A DNA stretch of 63,998 bases, filler included, from an uncultured Myxococcia bacterium (GTDB lineage Bacteria > CAZTWC01): the NCBI GenBank assembly GCA_964617105.1. It is 7 parts of 7 records of this genome, joined end to end, with 100 filler letters (N's around TTAATTAATTAA, not from the genome) between each part and the next. Parts side by side here need not be neighbours in the genome. Positions count along the whole stretch, not along the records: positions 20,054 to 29,975 come from CAZTWC010000128.1; positions 30,076 to 39,993 come from CAZTWC010000129.1; 5 more parts are not named here. One strand, given 5' to 3'. Below, in pieces: positions 28,436 to 38,140 of this stretch. A program made the position numbers and the translations under genes. The first letter of the stretch is position 1; the number at the start of each line of letters is the position of its first letter. The notes under the pieces are model-generated. The model was given only the letters and a program-made list of their open reading frames with translations. It had not been told where the DNA came from and ran no database searches.

Positions 28436-28464
28436 TTGACATCTTGGCTGCAAAAGGGTAAGTT
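28436..28464 (+). promoter_or_regulatory. sigma70 promoter of tRNA-Gly
   Basis: TTGACA-N17-TAAGTT. Confidence 0.65.
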
Positions 28465-28480
28465 GTTTTTTCGATTTTGG

Positions 28481-28556
28481 GCGGGAATAGCTCAGCTGGT
28501 AGAGCACAACCTTGCCAAGGTTGGGGTCGCCGGTTCGAATCCGGTTTCCCGCTCCA
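28481..28556 (+). tRNA. tRNA-Gly(GCC)
   Basis: GCGGGAA/TTCCCGC acceptor stem, CAACC-TTGCCAA-GGTTG anticodon arm, GTTCGAA T-loop, encoded CCA. Confidence 0.98.
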
Positions 28557-28557
28557 T

Positions 28558-29229
28558 TCATAGATCTATTATACCTCCCCTAATCCCGGTGGTTACCGCT
28601 TCAACCCGATTGGTAACGTCTAACTTCTGGTAAATATGCTCCAGGTGAGTGCGGATGGTGGCTTTGCTTATCCCCAACACCGAGGCAGTTTCGTTATTTG
28701 ACAGCCCCTTGGCTACAATTTGTAGTATCTCAACTTCTCTGGGAGTCAAGTCATAGTAATCATCCGGCGCTGAAGAGATTGCATCAGTGCTGGTTTTATC
28801 TTCATCTTTAATAAAAACTTTAAGCAGGTTTCTAGCCAGGCTGGGCTGGATTACGCTGCCGCCGCTGTGCACATCTTCGATGGCATCAACGATTTTATCC
28901 GCCGGGGTGCCCTTTAGCAGGTAGCCGCAGGCACCCGCTTTTATAGCTTTGACAACCTTGTCTTCCTCCTCGAAAATGGTGAAGATTAATATCTCTATAT
29001 TGGCCTGTTTCTCTTTTATCTGTTTGGTTACCTCAATACCGTCAATGTCCGGCAGCCCCAGGTCTAGCAGCACCACATCAGGTTGTTCTTTTAAAGCCAA
29101 CGCTACTCCGTTTTTACCATTCATGGCTGTACCTAAAATATCGATTTGCTTAAAGGTACTGAGGATTTTCATCTGATTTTTTAAGATTTTGGGTTGATCT
29201 TCAACGATAATTATTTTAGTTTTGGCCAT
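28558..29229 (-). CDS. NarL/LuxR family response regulator
   Basis: Receiver (VVLLDLGLP) plus LTPREVEIL...SNNE...HLEHIYQKL HTH. Confidence 0.95.
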   Translation of the reverse strand: MAKTKIIIVEDQPKILKNQMKILSTFKQIDILGTAMNGKNGVALALKEQPDVVLLDLGLPDIDGIEVTKQIKEKQANIEILIFTIFEEEDKVVKAIKAGACGYLLKGTPADKIVDAIEDVHSGGSVIQPSLARNLLKVFIKDEDKTSTDAISSAPDDYYDLTPREVEILQIVAKGLSNNETASVLGISKATIRTHLEHIYQKLDVTNRVEAVTTGIRGGIIDL

Positions 29230-29975
29230 TTTGGACTTCCTTTTTCAAGAGAAAAGATTATGGTAGTTCCCTCCTGAGGGATACTTTTTATTTTTAATTC
29301 GCCGTCCACTTTGCGGGCTCTTTCTCCCATGGTTATTAATCCATAGTGGTGTTGCATTTTTACGTTTTGCTCAAAGCCTCGGCCATTGTCGCGAATAGAA
29401 AGGATCATCCTGGATGGGCCAAAAAAAAGGGTGATATTTATTTTATTTGCCTTGGCGTGCTTGTTGATATTGGTCAGACTCTCCTGGAGAATCCTGAAAA
29501 TACAGAGTTGTACCTCTGCTGCCAGGTTCCAGGGCTTCCCCTCTGCCTCCATGGCGATATCTATTTTAGTACGAACTTGAAAGGTATTACAATAATCTTG
29601 CAGCGCTGGGATAAGGTCGAATTGATCTCTCATCATCTGCAGGCTGCGCCGCAATTCTTCGATACTCTCTTCGGCAGTGCTTTTTAATTCCACCAACTCC
29701 TCTTTCAGTTTAATATCTTGATTTAAATTGATGATATATTCAGATTGAATTATCAAAGAACTCAAAGAAGCACCTAATCCATCGTGGATCTCTCTGGCAA
29801 GTCTGGTACGCTCCTCTAATACCGCCTTGTCGCCCAGTTTTTCTTGCAGCCGGAGTATATTTCGTTGTTGCTTGTCTTCGGTATGGTTAAGATAGACTAT
29901 CATGTAAACCACTATCAAGTTTATGGCTAAATACCAGGTGAAGAAAAATAGAGCAACCACAAAATCATTATCCTG
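29211..29975 (-). CDS. HisKA_3 sensor histidine kinase (5' partial)
   Basis: ERTRLAREIHDGLG, QESLTNINKHA, DNGRGF, YGLITMGER. Confidence 0.93.
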   Translation of the reverse strand, partial: QDNDFVVALFFFTWYLAINLIVVYMIVYLNHTEDKQQRNILRLQEKLGDKAVLEERTRLAREIHDGLGASLSSLIIQSEYIINLNQDIKLKEELVELKSTAEESIEELRRSLQMMRDQFDLIPALQDYCNTFQVRTKIDIAMEAEGKPWNLAAEVQLCIFRILQESLTNINKHAKANKINITLFFGPSRMILSIRDNGRGFEQNVKMQHHYGLITMGERARKVDGELKIKSIPQEGTTIIFSLEKGSPKWPKLK

Positions 29976-30075
29976 NNNNNNNNNNNNNNNNNNNNNNNNN
30001 NNNNNNNNNNNNNNNNNNNTTAATTAATTAANNNNNNNNNNNNNNNNNNNNNNNNNNNNNNNNNNNNNNNNNNNN

Positions 30076-31876
30076 GCTGGTCTATATCAGTGCCTTTGAA
30101 ATCGGAAATATAATAGGCTAAAAGTTGCAGGGGAATTATAGTTACAAAGGGCCACAACAGAGGATGAGTTTTGGGGATAAATATCGAAAAGTCGGCCAGA
30201 GCCTCCACCTCACTGTTACCCTCATCGGTCAATGCGATAACTATTCCTTTTCGGGCTTTAACTTCCTGCATATTACTGATAATTTTGCTGTAGATATCGT
30301 CTTTGGGAGCAATGATCACCACCGGCATTTTTTCGTCAATCAGGGCGATGGGTCCGTGTTTCATCTCTCCAGCCGCATATCCCTCGGCATGGATATAAGA
30401 TATTTCCTTTAGTTTTAACGCGCCTTCCAGGGCAATGGGATAATTAAGTCCTCTACCCAAATAAAGAGATGAATGGGTATTGGTTAATTGCCGGGAGATC
30501 TCTTTTATTATCGAAGCTTCTTCCAGTTGCCGCTCCATTTTTAATGGGATCTCCCGTAAGTTTTCCAGCGGCGCATAATTTTTTTGGACAGAAACACTGC
30601 CCAAAATATCACCTAAACAGGCAGCGATCATCAACAGGCCGGCCAATTGGGTTGTAAAGGCTTTGGTCGAAGCCACCCCGATCTCGGGCCCGGCAAAGGT
30701 TAAGAAGCAGTAGTCGGATTCCCGGGCAATACTGGAGTCCATGACATTACAAATAGATAAAACTGTGGCTCCAGCCTTTCGGGCTAGCCGCAGGGCAGCC
30801 AGAGTGTCAGCAGTTTCACCCGACTGGCTGATGACAATAAACAGAGTATCATTACCAATAAGAGGGTGGCGGTAAATAAATTCACTGGCCAAATCCACTT
30901 CAGCCGGAAGACGAAGAAAATGCTCAAAATAATATTTGCCGATCATGCCAGCATGAAAAGAGGTGCCGCAGGCGGCCAAAGTAATCCGCCTAATCTTTTT
31001 TAACTCTTCCAGGGCGGGCAAATTTTCAATTAGCGCAGATTCAAAATGGCGGCTGCCCGTCATCCTTCCCTGGATGGTATCCTGAATAGCACGGGGTTGT
31101 TCAAAGATCTCCTTTAGCATGAAATGCTTGAATCCGCCCTTTTCTGCCATCTCCGGAGTCCAGGAGATATGCCGGGATATTTTCTCTTTCACCCGCCCCT
31201 GAAAGTCAAAAATCCCCACCCTCTCGGAGGTGATCTCGGCGATCTCCCCCTCATCCATGAAAATAACCTCCCGGGTGTATTGCAACAGCGCCGGAATGTC
31301 AGAGGCCAGGAGATTATAGCCTTGAGCCAGGCCAATCACCAGGGGTGAAGCGTTTTTAATGGCTATCATCCGGTCAGGAAAACGGCTGGAGATAACTCCC
31401 AGGGCAAAAGAACCAACCAGTTTTTTAGCCGCTTTTAAAACCGCCTCTTTCAGGTTCTTACCCTTTTCTAATTCAATTTCCACCAGCACAGCGATAACTT
31501 CAGTGTCAGTATCAGAGATGAAATTTATCCCCTGCGAAATCAACTGCTTCTTTAGTTCCAAATAATTTTCAATTATACCGTTATGAACCAGGGCTACACT
31601 GCCATAACTTTGCGGATGGGCGTTTTTTTCGGTAGGAAGTCCATGGGTAGCCCAACGGGTGTGACCAATGCCGATATTGCCGATTATGGGGTCATTCCAA
31701 AGCGCTCTTTCCAGGTTATTCAGTTTTCCCGCCCGCTGAAGAGTGACCAACTGACCCTTCTGGTCTATAATTCCCACTCCAGCAGAATCATATCCCCGGT
31801 ATTCCAACTTCTTTAAGCCATCCAGCAAAAAGGGCACTGCATTTTCCGAGCCCAGATAACCTACAATACCACACAT
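30076..31876 (-). CDS. glmS: Glutamine-fructose-6-phosphate aminotransferase (3' partial)
   Basis: MCGIVG start, LEYRGYDSAG, HTRWATHG, EGALKLKEISY. Confidence 0.97.
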
Positions 31877-31881
31877 AATCT

Positions 31882-33300
31882 CTATTCCTGCTCTCTGGAC
31901 AATGTTTGTTTTCTTTTCTCCACATACCCCTCGATATTTTTTTGGCGGCAACGACTTATGGCCAGTGCTCCCGAAGGAACTTCATGGGTCACGGTAGCGC
32001 CGGCAGCAACGTAAGCATTCTTTTTCAAGTGTACCGGAGCCACCAGTTGAGTACCACTGCCAATAAACACTCCGTCATCAATAGTAGTAGGATGTTTATT
32101 AACCCCGTCATAATTACAGGTTATGGTGCCAGCGCCCACATTTACCCCTTCCCCGATGAAGGCATCACCCAGGTAGGATAGATGGTTGGCTTTACTGCCG
32201 AGCCCGATAGAGGTTTTCTTGGTTTCTACAAAATTACCCACATGCACCCGTTCCGCCAGATTGCTAGCCGGTCTCAAATGGCTGAAAGGCCCTAGTTTGA
32301 CCTCTTTGCCAACCTTAGATGAATCAATCACCACATAGGGTTTCACCTGGACGTGATCCGCCACCTGGCTGTCCATAATCACCACGCCGGTATCAAGGCG
32401 GCAATTTTCTCCAATAGTGGTATTACCTCGAAGATGAACATTGGGATAAATAACCGTATCTTTACCTATTTTCACCTGCTGATCAATATAGGTAGAAGCC
32501 GGGTCCACCATGGTCACTCCAGCCTCCAAATGGACCTGGTTGATCCTTTCTCTCAGCAGGGCCGCCACCTGGGCCAACTCCGCCCGGGTATTTATACCCA
32601 GCATCAAACTCCCCTCACTTTTCTCTTCTATCCCCTTCACCTTACCCCCGGCTTGACGATATAACTTAATTAAATCGGTAAGATAATATTCTCCTTTACT
32701 GTTCTGGTTGGATATCTTTGGTAATAATTCCCGCAGAACACTATCCTTTACCAGATAGATCCCCGGATTGACCTCCTTGATCTTTTTCTGTTCTTTGGTA
32801 AGTTCACTCTCCTCCACAATCTCCTTAATAAGACCGGCCCGATCCCGAACTATCCTGCCGTAACTATAGGGATTCTCTTTGCTGATAGTTACCATGAGCA
32901 GGGAATTCAAATTGCCGGCCGAGTCGATTTTATCCTGCATAGCCTCAACAAATTGAGGGGCGAAAAGGGGCACATCGCCATAGAGAAGTAAAACCTGGCC
33001 ATGTAACTCCAAAGAGGAGTTATCAAACACCTCTTTTACCGCATGGGCAGTGCCCAACTGTTCCCTTTGCTGCACAAAAAGGATATTTTCTCGGGGAAAA
33101 ATACGGCTTACTTCCGCCTTAACCTCGTCTGCCTGGTGTCCTACCACCACTATAACTTGCCGGCTTATTTCCAGGGCAATACGAATAGGATAGTAGATTA
33201 ACGGCCGGCCGCAGACCTGGTGTAGAACTTTGGCTTTATGGGAGCGCATACGAGTGCTCTGACCGGCAGCCAGCAGAACAGTAGTGTCAATTTTCATCAC
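31882..33300 (-). CDS. glmU: Bifunctional UDP-GlcNAc pyrophosphorylase/acetyltransferase
   Basis: LAAGQSTRM, QLGTAHAV, EYYLTD, HLSYLGD, CNYDG; hexapeptide repeats. Confidence 0.97.
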   Translation of the reverse strand: MMKIDTTVLLAAGQSTRMRSHKAKVLHQVCGRPLIYYPIRIALEISRQVIVVVGHQADEVKAEVSRIFPRENILFVQQREQLGTAHAVKEVFDNSSLELHGQVLLLYGDVPLFAPQFVEAMQDKIDSAGNLNSLLMVTISKENPYSYGRIVRDRAGLIKEIVEESELTKEQKKIKEVNPGIYLVKDSVLRELLPKISNQNSKGEYYLTDLIKLYRQAGGKVKGIEEKSEGSLMLGINTRAELAQVAALLRERINQVHLEAGVTMVDPASTYIDQQVKIGKDTVIYPNVHLRGNTTIGENCRLDTGVVIMDSQVADHVQVKPYVVIDSSKVGKEVKLGPFSHLRPASNLAERVHVGNFVETKKTSIGLGSKANHLSYLGDAFIGEGVNVGAGTITCNYDGVNKHPTTIDDGVFIGSGTQLVAPVHLKKNAYVAAGATVTHEVPSGALAISRCRQKNIEGYVEKRKQTLSREQE

Positions 33301-33343
33301 ATATTACCTCATATACCTATTTTTAAAAATCTAACCCCCATTC

Positions 33344-34489
33344 TTACCAGGCCAGGGCAGTGGTAATCATTATATTGACATTACTAGGATCTACTGTAGC
33401 GCCCTGGACTGCAGTGTTTTCATCCATCTCTGAGAGCAGAGATTGCTCCGGTTTGACCACCGGTGTTCTCACTACCAAACCGGCTTTTAAAATCCACAGA
33501 TCAAATAAAATACCAGCGGCTACATTGAGGCTGGTCAGGTGCTTGGATTCATCTCCCAGCCCTTTTATACCTTCGGCTTCAGCCACCAGGTTAATCAAAT
33601 CCAGGGGAGAGAGAATTACCGAGGCACCGTAGCGAACCGCCTTGGAGGAGGTACCTTCTTTGGTTTGGTTTAACATCATGTAATCCAGGTGAGCCTGCAC
33701 CAAAATAAACTCCAGGTCGATGCCCGTGGAAACATAAGGAATAATACTGGCCATGCCATAGGTAAACCTGGTAGCCTGCAAAGGATTGTTATTAGACACT
33801 TTGGAGGCTTTTTCCTTGCCAGTGGGGAGATAAGTGTCAATTCCAAACACCAGGGCGATGGGGATTGTAGAACCTAAATAGGTAAAATGTTTGAGTCCCA
33901 GGCCCACGTTGCCCAGATAAAATTCAGAAATTTCCCCTCGGTTAAAACCTGCCATAGGGATCTCCAAATTGAAACTGAGCGGCTTATAAATAGAGGGAAA
34001 ACGCATCTCCGCCTTGGGAACAATTGAAAAAAGTATGGCGTCATCTTCCTCTTTTAAGGCTTTGGCCGCGATAGGCAAAACTTTTTGCAGTTTTTCAAAC
34101 TCCTCCGGGGGCATATTTTTTTTAAAGGAGTCCTGAAATTCAGGTGGGACTTCATTTACCACATCATCGTAATCCATGTTTTGTACTTTCTCAACATCCA
34201 TCTCCTTCATGCTGTCCCGCAAAGCATCTCTGATCTCTTTTTTCTCCTGATCCGAAAATCCCTGCTTGTTAAAAGCGTCATCCAACATTTTGTCAACCAT
34301 TTTCTTAGATGCGTTTTTCATGGGATTGATCTCTATCTCAATACCAAAGAAGTCCTCATTATTGGCATCACGGCCATAAAATACTTGACCGTTCTCATAG
34401 TGACCTTCCCAGGAATCTCCTGCCATAACCAAATTGCTGATCATCGTAATGGTGAAAATCAAACTAAGCATCAAAGTAAATTTCTTCAT
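33344..34489 (-). CDS. Putative outer-membrane beta-barrel protein with an acidic helical insert
   Basis: Signal peptide; amphipathic strands with GNVGLGLK and LPTG; C-terminal Trp. Confidence 0.5.
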   Translation of the reverse strand: MKKFTLMLSLIFTITMISNLVMAGDSWEGHYENGQVFYGRDANNEDFFGIEIEINPMKNASKKMVDKMLDDAFNKQGFSDQEKKEIRDALRDSMKEMDVEKVQNMDYDDVVNEVPPEFQDSFKKNMPPEEFEKLQKVLPIAAKALKEEDDAILFSIVPKAEMRFPSIYKPLSFNLEIPMAGFNRGEISEFYLGNVGLGLKHFTYLGSTIPIALVFGIDTYLPTGKEKASKVSNNNPLQATRFTYGMASIIPYVSTGIDLEFILVQAHLDYMMLNQTKEGTSSKAVRYGASVILSPLDLINLVAEAEGIKGLGDESKHLTSLNVAAGILFDLWILKAGLVVRTPVVKPEQSLLSEMDENTAVQGATVDPSNVNIMITTALAW

Positions 34490-34562
34490 TTTTTCCTTCT
34501 TGATTTTATTTGTCCGTAATTTTAAGCACTATAATAAGGATTTGCTACACCAACATAATTTT

Positions 34563-35606
34563 TCATTTTACTCTATTTTTATATAAATGTATAGGGCGTA
34601 ATAGAGTGGTGATCTTTCTCATTCCTGTGGTATAAAATACTTTTCCTTCACTATTAACTATAAGTCCCTCAACCTCCGGCAAACTCTCCAGGAGTTTTAT
34701 CCCCTCAGTTCCCATAATAAAAACACCGGTGGCCAAACCATCGGCACGCATGGCGTTGGGGCCAACTACGGTGGCGCTAATCGCCTTTCTACCCGGCCGC
34801 CCCTCTTTGGGATCGATAAGATGATGGTAACGTTCCCCTCCCTTTATGGCAAACCTTTCGTAATCACCGGAAGTTACCACCGCTGTATCGGTAATAGCAA
34901 TTTTGGCCAGTATTTTTCCCGATTCACGAGGATGCTGAACCCCCACTCGCCAGGGTGTACCTTTGGGTTTGCCATCACGGTTACCAAACAGTTTTATGTC
35001 ACCGCCGCCATAAACCAGGCCATGGGCAATACCATGCTTTTTGAGCATGGCCACTGCTCTGTCCAGGGCATATCCCTTGGCTATACCTCCCAGGTCCAGT
35101 TTCATCCCCTTTTTCTGCAGAGAAACACTTTTATGAGTAGAGTTCAGGAGCATTTTCCGATAATCAACTAAAGGCAATCTTTGGGCCAATAAAAGGTCAG
35201 AAGGGGGAGTGAATCCTGAGCGGTTGAATTTCCAAATTTTCCCCAAACCGGCGATGGTTATATCAAAAGCCCCTTCAGTCAGTTGCGATATTCTCTTGGC
35301 CTCCAAGAGCAAATCAAACAACTCAGCCTCCACTTTAACCGGGCCGAGATGAGCCTGCTGATTTACCTGATTCAACCGGCTATTTTTTTTATATAAACTG
35401 AGCAGATTCTGAAGCCGTTCAATTTCTTGGAAAGCAGCCTCAATGGCGTCAGCCACCTGTTTTTCCCCTTTACCCAGGGCAATAATCTGAAAAATAGTTC
35501 CCATATAAGGCCGGGAGAGTTCCTGACGCTTCAAAGTCTGGCTCCAACCCAAATTTGCCGTAAGAAGAAGGAGAAGAAAAACAATAATGATCAGGTCTCT
35601 AGGCAT
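34563..35606 (-). CDS. apbE: FAD:protein FMN transferase
   Basis: MGT, GAFDIT, DLGGIAKGY, GGDI, TSGDYER, HHLIDP, ADGLAT. Confidence 0.95.
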   Translation of the reverse strand: MPRDLIIIVFLLLLLTANLGWSQTLKRQELSRPYMGTIFQIIALGKGEKQVADAIEAAFQEIERLQNLLSLYKKNSRLNQVNQQAHLGPVKVEAELFDLLLEAKRISQLTEGAFDITIAGLGKIWKFNRSGFTPPSDLLLAQRLPLVDYRKMLLNSTHKSVSLQKKGMKLDLGGIAKGYALDRAVAMLKKHGIAHGLVYGGGDIKLFGNRDGKPKGTPWRVGVQHPRESGKILAKIAITDTAVVTSGDYERFAIKGGERYHHLIDPKEGRPGRKAISATVVGPNAMRADGLATGVFIMGTEGIKLLESLPEVEGLIVNSEGKVFYTTGMRKITTLLRPIHLYKNRVK

Positions 35607-35770
35607 AAATTACCTCTTGCTCAGCCATTACTGAAAAATTGAATTTATCTTATAAATGCCATTAGAAAAAAAATGAACCTATCCACTATCTACAGTGAAG
35701 TCAAGGGAAAGTTATTGCAAATCTGTCTGAAAACGGCTAAGTTTTCAAGAATGAAAAGAAGGGAGTAAAA

Positions 35771-36952
35771 GTGGCAGACTTATTTAAACGGGAAAAGGTA
35801 AAAATATTGGTGGTGGAAGACTCACGCTCGCTGAGGTTTTTGCTGACTCACCTACTGGAACAGCATGGCTATGATGTGGACGCAGCGGAAAACGGCAGTA
35901 AAGGTCTGGAGAAATACCGGCAGGGAGAATACGACCTGATCCTTTCCGATATTATGATGCCCGAGATGAATGGTATCGAGATGTGCGAACATATCAAAGG
36001 AGATCCAAAAGAAGGCAGTGTGTTTTTTATCTTTCTTTCCACCCTGAAAGACCTGGAGGACAGGATAAAAGGGATTGAAACCGGCGCAGACGACTATCTT
36101 GTAAAGCCCTTTGACAACCGGGAGTTAATGGCCAAGATAAATGCTGGCGCCCGAATTATAAAACTGCAGCGGCAATTGGAGGAAAAAAATCGGGAATTGA
36201 CCTATCTTAACGATCTCCTCTCAGAAGAGTTAGAAGCCGCCATGCAGATTCATCTCTCTCTCTTTCCCCGACAAATCTCCAACCTGCCTGGAGCCAAGGT
36301 AGAAGCCCGGTTTAAGCCCATGCCCTATTTGGGCGGAGACTTTTACGAGGTGCTCACCATAAATCAAGACCTGGTGGCAATATTTACCGCCGATGTTTCC
36401 GGTCATGGTTTTGCCGCTACCTATATTGGCAATATCCTCAGGCAAATATTCAGAGAACACTACTCTCAACTTGTAAGTCCGGCACAGTTGATGACCAGGA
36501 TCAACCAGCAATTCAAGCAGAGTATCACCACCTTTGATTTTGCCACCGCTTTTTATGGAATTCTGGATAGCAAAAGCAATCTATTCCATTATGTGCGGGC
36601 TGGAGCGCCTATAGTTCCGGTGATTAAATCCCTAAAAGAAGACCTCATTTTTCTGGAAGATAACAACCCGGCCATCGGCGCTATTTCTATGACCGAGTAT
36701 CAGGAGCAAACCATCCAGTTATCCCCCGGCGATATAGTATTTCTATACAGTGACGGGGTGACAGAAACCAAATCTCCGGATGATCAATTTTTCGGTGAAG
36801 AGCGGCTGTTCAAAATTTTGCAGGATACTAAAATCAAAGGGGTGAAGGAGAAAATCCAGGCGGTTATGACGGAGGTGGACCGCTTCAAGGGCAACTGTCC
36901 CTTTTCCGATGATATCACCCTGTTGGGATTAGAAATTTATGACCAGGATTAG
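35771..36952 (+). CDS. Receiver plus PP2C (SpoIIE/RsbU-type) phosphatase
   Basis: DIMMP receiver; GGDFY, ADVSGHG, YSDGVTE, DDITL. Confidence 0.93.
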   Translation: MADLFKREKVKILVVEDSRSLRFLLTHLLEQHGYDVDAAENGSKGLEKYRQGEYDLILSDIMMPEMNGIEMCEHIKGDPKEGSVFFIFLSTLKDLEDRIKGIETGADDYLVKPFDNRELMAKINAGARIIKLQRQLEEKNRELTYLNDLLSEELEAAMQIHLSLFPRQISNLPGAKVEARFKPMPYLGGDFYEVLTINQDLVAIFTADVSGHGFAATYIGNILRQIFREHYSQLVSPAQLMTRINQQFKQSITTFDFATAFYGILDSKSNLFHYVRAGAPIVPVIKSLKEDLIFLEDNNPAIGAISMTEYQEQTIQLSPGDIVFLYSDGVTETKSPDDQFFGEERLFKILQDTKIKGVKEKIQAVMTEVDRFKGNCPFSDDITLLGLEIYDQD

Positions 36953-37731
36953 AGAATATCACTATTTTGGCTCATCAGTTTTTCCAGCCAATATCGAGCA
37001 TAGCGGCGGCAATTGCGGCAATTGTTTTTTCCCGGAGTAAGACAATCTTTGGAGCACAGTTTATCTGATATCCGGCGACGGCCTTCAAAAGACCAGGCCA
37101 TAGAATCGGCAGCGTAAAGTGAGCGACTGACAGCAGGACTTCTCAAAGAGGTTATTTTCAACCCCAGGCCGTGTAATTTAATGGCCGGCACCATCTTTTT
37201 TATCGCTTTTAATATTTTTTCTACCATCGCCACCTTTCTCTGCCTGTTACTCAATGAACCAACAGCATAAAGAGCATCCCCGGCAAATCCTGCCTTTAGA
37301 TATGACTCCAGGTGAAAAAGATAGTGGTCAGCACTTATCCCCTGTAAAACCGGTACCAATTTACTCTTGCCGCTATAGCGCAACTTGAGTTCAAGGCTGT
37401 TTTCCAGAGATAATCGTTGCAGTTTTTTTATTGAGAAGCCAGTTTTTTTAGCCACCGCCTGGGTACAGGGATAATCCATGGTGATGAAGAAGGAGGGCTG
37501 CCAAAGATTTACTACTTTGGCATACTCCTGGGGAGTTATTTGCCATTGACCGTATTTATTAAGTTCAGTATAAGCGCCTGAATCGAGTATCCAATGTTTT
37601 TTTGCTGCATCTTTTTCTCCCCTCTGCAGCCACCGGGGAACTAGCCGCTGGTTGAGAATATGCCTGGAGACACAAAATTGTTCAAAGTAAAAAGTCAAAC
37701 CCAGGTTGTGCAAACCAATAAAATAGATCAA
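36949..37731 (-). CDS. TGT-fold deazapurine transglycosylase-like protein (DpdA-like)
   Basis: LDSGAY, MDYPC, PVLQG, AVGS, LHGLG, ADSMAW, C-terminal Cys cluster. Confidence 0.75.
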   Translation of the reverse strand: MIYFIGLHNLGLTFYFEQFCVSRHILNQRLVPRWLQRGEKDAAKKHWILDSGAYTELNKYGQWQITPQEYAKVVNLWQPSFFITMDYPCTQAVAKKTGFSIKKLQRLSLENSLELKLRYSGKSKLVPVLQGISADHYLFHLESYLKAGFAGDALYAVGSLSNRQRKVAMVEKILKAIKKMVPAIKLHGLGLKITSLRSPAVSRSLYAADSMAWSFEGRRRISDKLCSKDCLTPGKNNCRNCRRYARYWLEKLMSQNSDIL

Positions 37732-37770
37732 AAATTTGACATCCTTTCAAAGACTAATAAAATGGGGCAC

Positions 37771-38073
37771 ATGAAAGATTATAGCACAACTAAAAAATGT
37801 CCTCTGTGTGCTGAAACCATCCAGGTTGAGGCCATCAAATGCAAACACTGCAACGAATTCCTTCCGGAATATTACCAAAATAACCCCAAAAGGGGTTGGG
37901 ATTTAGGCAAACTGGGACTGAAAGAGGTAAATGGCCTGATGAGTATATTCATGGCTCTGGTATTGCTGGTCTTTTATATGGGCGGAGTGGTGGAAGAGAT
38001 CCTGCTGGTTCCCCTGGCAATCTCCCTTTCGATGCTGGGTTGTTTTAATCTTACCCCAGAAAAAAGCCAATAG
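37771..38073 (+). CDS. Zinc-ribbon membrane protein
   Basis: KKCPLCAETIQVEAIKCKHC plus two TM helices. Confidence 0.75.
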   Translation: MKDYSTTKKCPLCAETIQVEAIKCKHCNEFLPEYYQNNPKRGWDLGKLGLKEVNGLMSIFMALVLLVFYMGGVVEEILLVPLAISLSMLGCFNLTPEKSQ

Positions 38074-38098
38074 GCCAAGAATGTGACTGCATCTTGAC

Positions 38099-38130
38099 TA
38101 ACTGACCCCAACGGTGATCCCTTTAGGGAC
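38099..38130. repeat. Short palindromic repeat copy between convergent genes
   Basis: taactgaccccaacggtgatccctttagggac aligns with 9889-9920. Confidence 0.55.
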
Positions 38131-38140
38131 GTTGCAGGTT

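Noticed and set aside
28358-28633. ORFs 28358-28561 (-) and 28436-28633 (+)
   Set aside because: Shadow translations of the tRNA-Gly gene.
28481-29975. tRNA-Gly as a genomic island attachment site
   Set aside because: No integrase and no duplicated tRNA 3' end on this contig.
31877-31881. glmS ribozyme
   Set aside because: Only 5 bp separate glmU and glmS.
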